64,000 bases of DNA from Entomortierella parvispora E1425 (Eukaryota > Fungi > Mortierellomycota). Below are positions 61,723-64,000 of the stretch, in pieces. Both the position numbers and the translations under genes were made by a program. The DNA lies in contig BQFW01000002.1 in NCBI GenBank assembly GCA_020891255.1, positions 2,046,001-2,110,000 on the forward strand, in the 5' to 3' direction. The notes below the pieces were generated by a model, which did not search any database, had not been told where the DNA came from, and saw nothing but the letters and a program-made list of their open reading frames with translations. The first letter of the stretch is position 1. Each line of letters opens with the position of its first letter.

Positions 61723-63925
61723 TTACAGGACAATGCCGGCAATGCAGGCCGACATGATAGTGCTCAGGGCACCGGCAAAGATGGCCGAAACTGAGACCTT
61801 GGCAATGTCACCAGCGCGGGTAGGGGCCATCTTACCCAAAAGCGAGATCTGGGATCCCAAACTGGAGGGGTTGGCGAAACTGCAGCAGGCAAAGGTGGCC
61901 AACATGATACCACGCTGGGTACCGGTGGCGAAGAACTGGGCGGCTTCAGAGAAACCGACAAACTCGTTCAAGATGAACTTGATGCCCATCATGGTCGAAG
62001 CATCGTTCAAATCAGAGGTAGGCATGCCCAATCCCCAGGCTACGGGGTAGAAGCACCAACCAATCAACTTTTGGATGGTGATGCCCTGGACACCCAAGAA
62101 GACAAAGACCCAGTTGATAAGATAGTTGCCGCAGGCGAGCAAAGACAGGAAACCGATCAAGACTGCAGAGATGACAATGCAGAGCTGAATTCCGAGAATG
62201 GCACCGTTAGCAAGGGCGTGCACCATGGAATCCTCGGCATCGGGGCGCTCAAGCACAACTGCCTTTCCGCGGGTCAGAGGGACCTCCTCCTCGGGGTAAC
62301 GCATCTTGGAGGTGACAATGGCGCAAGGAACAGACATGATGCAGCAAGTAATCAAATGGGTAGGGTTGGCACCAAAGGTGATGAGTCCAAGATAAACGGA
62401 TCCAGAGATGGTAGCGAATCCCGAAGCCATGACTTGATGGATCTCGGCGTTGGTAGCATTCTCCAAGTAAGGACCAACCAACATAGCGGACTCTGACATT
62501 CCAACGAAAGGAGCGGCAAGAGCGGCGATGACCTCGACACCAGAGACCTCAAAGATAAAGACGACGACTCTGCCCATGGAGCCGATGGTGGTCTGGATGA
62601 TGTTGTAGTAGTACATGACTTGAATAACGGCACCGAAGAAAATAATGGCAGGCAAGACACCGGCAAAGAACTGAGTTTGATAAAGGTTCATGAAGCCGTC
62701 GCCCATGATGAAGCCGATACCGCTGGAAGAGAAGCCCAAGAATGAGGCCATCAAAGCTCCAATGTACGAGAAGATGGTCTGGCCAATATAAGTGCGAATA
62801 ACGAACAGACCCAAGAGGAACTGCAAGCCCAATCCTGTGGCAACAGTGGGCCAGTGGATGACACGGCGGTTACGCGAGGTAATGTAAAGCACAAAGACGA
62901 AGAAAGCCAAGCCGCAGAGGGAGATAACACGCTGGACACGGGTACCATTCTCGTTGTCGGGGCGAATGACGGCGGTGAGGGTCATAGCAACAGGCCAGAT
63001 ACCATATCCGATGACCTGGCGAGCAAGAAGAGGCACGCTGTTAACAGCCTTGGCACTACGTTCCCAAACAGCGTAGGTGGGGCGGGCAAAGGTGCCATCG
63101 GGGACATGGGCCGAGATCAGATATAAAGTGGTAAAGGCGTAGAGAACCGACAAGACCGAAATGGGGCCACCCTTGTCGAGGACGAGAGCGACGATGAAGA
63201 ATGCTGTAAGAGCGGACAGAAGAAGACACTGTTAGGTAACCAAGACCCAGTTTTTCAGCAAGAGTAACGAATGTCGCCTCCATCTCATCTCATTGACGAT
63301 GCCATTGACAATGGTATCATGCTCCTCAGTTGGGAGAGCAAGCAAGGGCAAAGGCCTTGCTCGCTTCCCTAATCCCAAATTAAACAATGCTTGCGCACTG
63401 ACTGGCAAATAGAGCTCTCTGCCCTGCCCTTCTCCTCGTGAACACACCGTCCCATGAAGCATTCAAAAACACACACAAACAATGCAACTGGCCAAACACC
63501 TGCTATTATCCCGAGGATCATCAAACGGCCAAAACACTTCTCAGACATCAGATATAATCGTGATATGAAGGACTGTGCTGCCCGCTGTGTGGACTCCCCG
63601 CTCTACTGCTGAATCACATCCAAAAGCCACCCCCTTTCATCATCATGAGCATCGTATTACCTGTGAACAAAAGCCAGGCGATTCCGTGCCAAACAAGAGT
63701 GAACAGCTTCTGGCGCATGCCAAAGACTTTCTTCTCCTCATCACGGTCGACATCCTGCTGCTCCAAGGCGCCGTTCTTCTTTTGGTCGAGTGCGGCAAGG
63801 TCAGACTCTTCCTCGTCGGTGTGACGACGCTGGAACAGGGTATGGTCCTTCTCGTGGATCGATTCCTGCGAGCTCGAGCTGGTGTGGACTGGGGAGTCCT
63901 TGACCTCGATATCTTCAAAGGACAT
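61723..63925 (-). CDS. CNT: Concentrative nucleoside transporter (CNT/SLC28 family), paralog 2, 2 exons
   Basis: Model join(63661..63925,61723..63203). Motifs are QRVISLCG, IIFFGAVIQVMYYY, PFVGMSE, SGFATISGS, IMSVPCA, KMRYPE, KFILNEF and SFANPSSLG. Confidence 0.93.
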
Positions 63926-64000
63926 ATTGCTTGGTGTTGAGGGAAGAGAAGGAAAGGGGAGGATGGGGGATAAGGGAAGGATTGAACGGATGGATCAAAA

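Noticed and set aside
63480-63560. CTGAGA...TGATC...GGATAAT on the minus strand in the CNT2 intron, reminiscent of a fungal TPP riboswitch
   Set aside because: It lacks the ATAC/ACC junction and the P5 CTGG/CCAG pairing, and the P1-P3 helices cannot be formed.

Overview
This is eukaryotic, intron-containing fungal genomic DNA. Gene style and the families present suggest an early-diverging fungus, probably Mortierellaceae; this is inferred, not tested. About 19 complete protein-coding genes could be assembled by hand from exons: a 935-aa Gln-rich protein, GPI mannosyltransferase SMP3/PIG-Z, an OMA1-like M48 peptidase, a Clr4/SUV39-type H3K9 methyltransferase, a DNAJB12/Hlj1-type co-chaperone, an AzgA purine permease, a GH5 glycolipid glucosidase, a 1224-aa protein with a tandem DPW repeat, a PPR protein, RPS25, a nitronate monooxygenase, two CNT nucleoside transporters, a 4-TM orphan, a DOMON-cytochrome b561 protein, an Amt/Mep ammonium transporter, a CobW/COG0523 GTPase, a divergent Cdc20-family APC/C activator, an FAD monooxygenase and an RI-type LRR protein. 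There is also a heavily decayed PAQR/IZH pseudogene and a partial gene at the left edge. I found no tRNA, rRNA, CRISPR array or recognisable transposon. The observations most worth following up are the PAQR pseudogene, the DPW repeat array, the LRR protein with a C-terminal F-box-like motif, the LR-tailed APC/C activator with MSE/MCB-like promoter motifs, and the two CNT paralogs with a shared substitution in the substrate-binding hairpin. Several unusual splice features (two GC-AG introns, an 11-nt micro-exon, an ATG-only first exon) are also reported.
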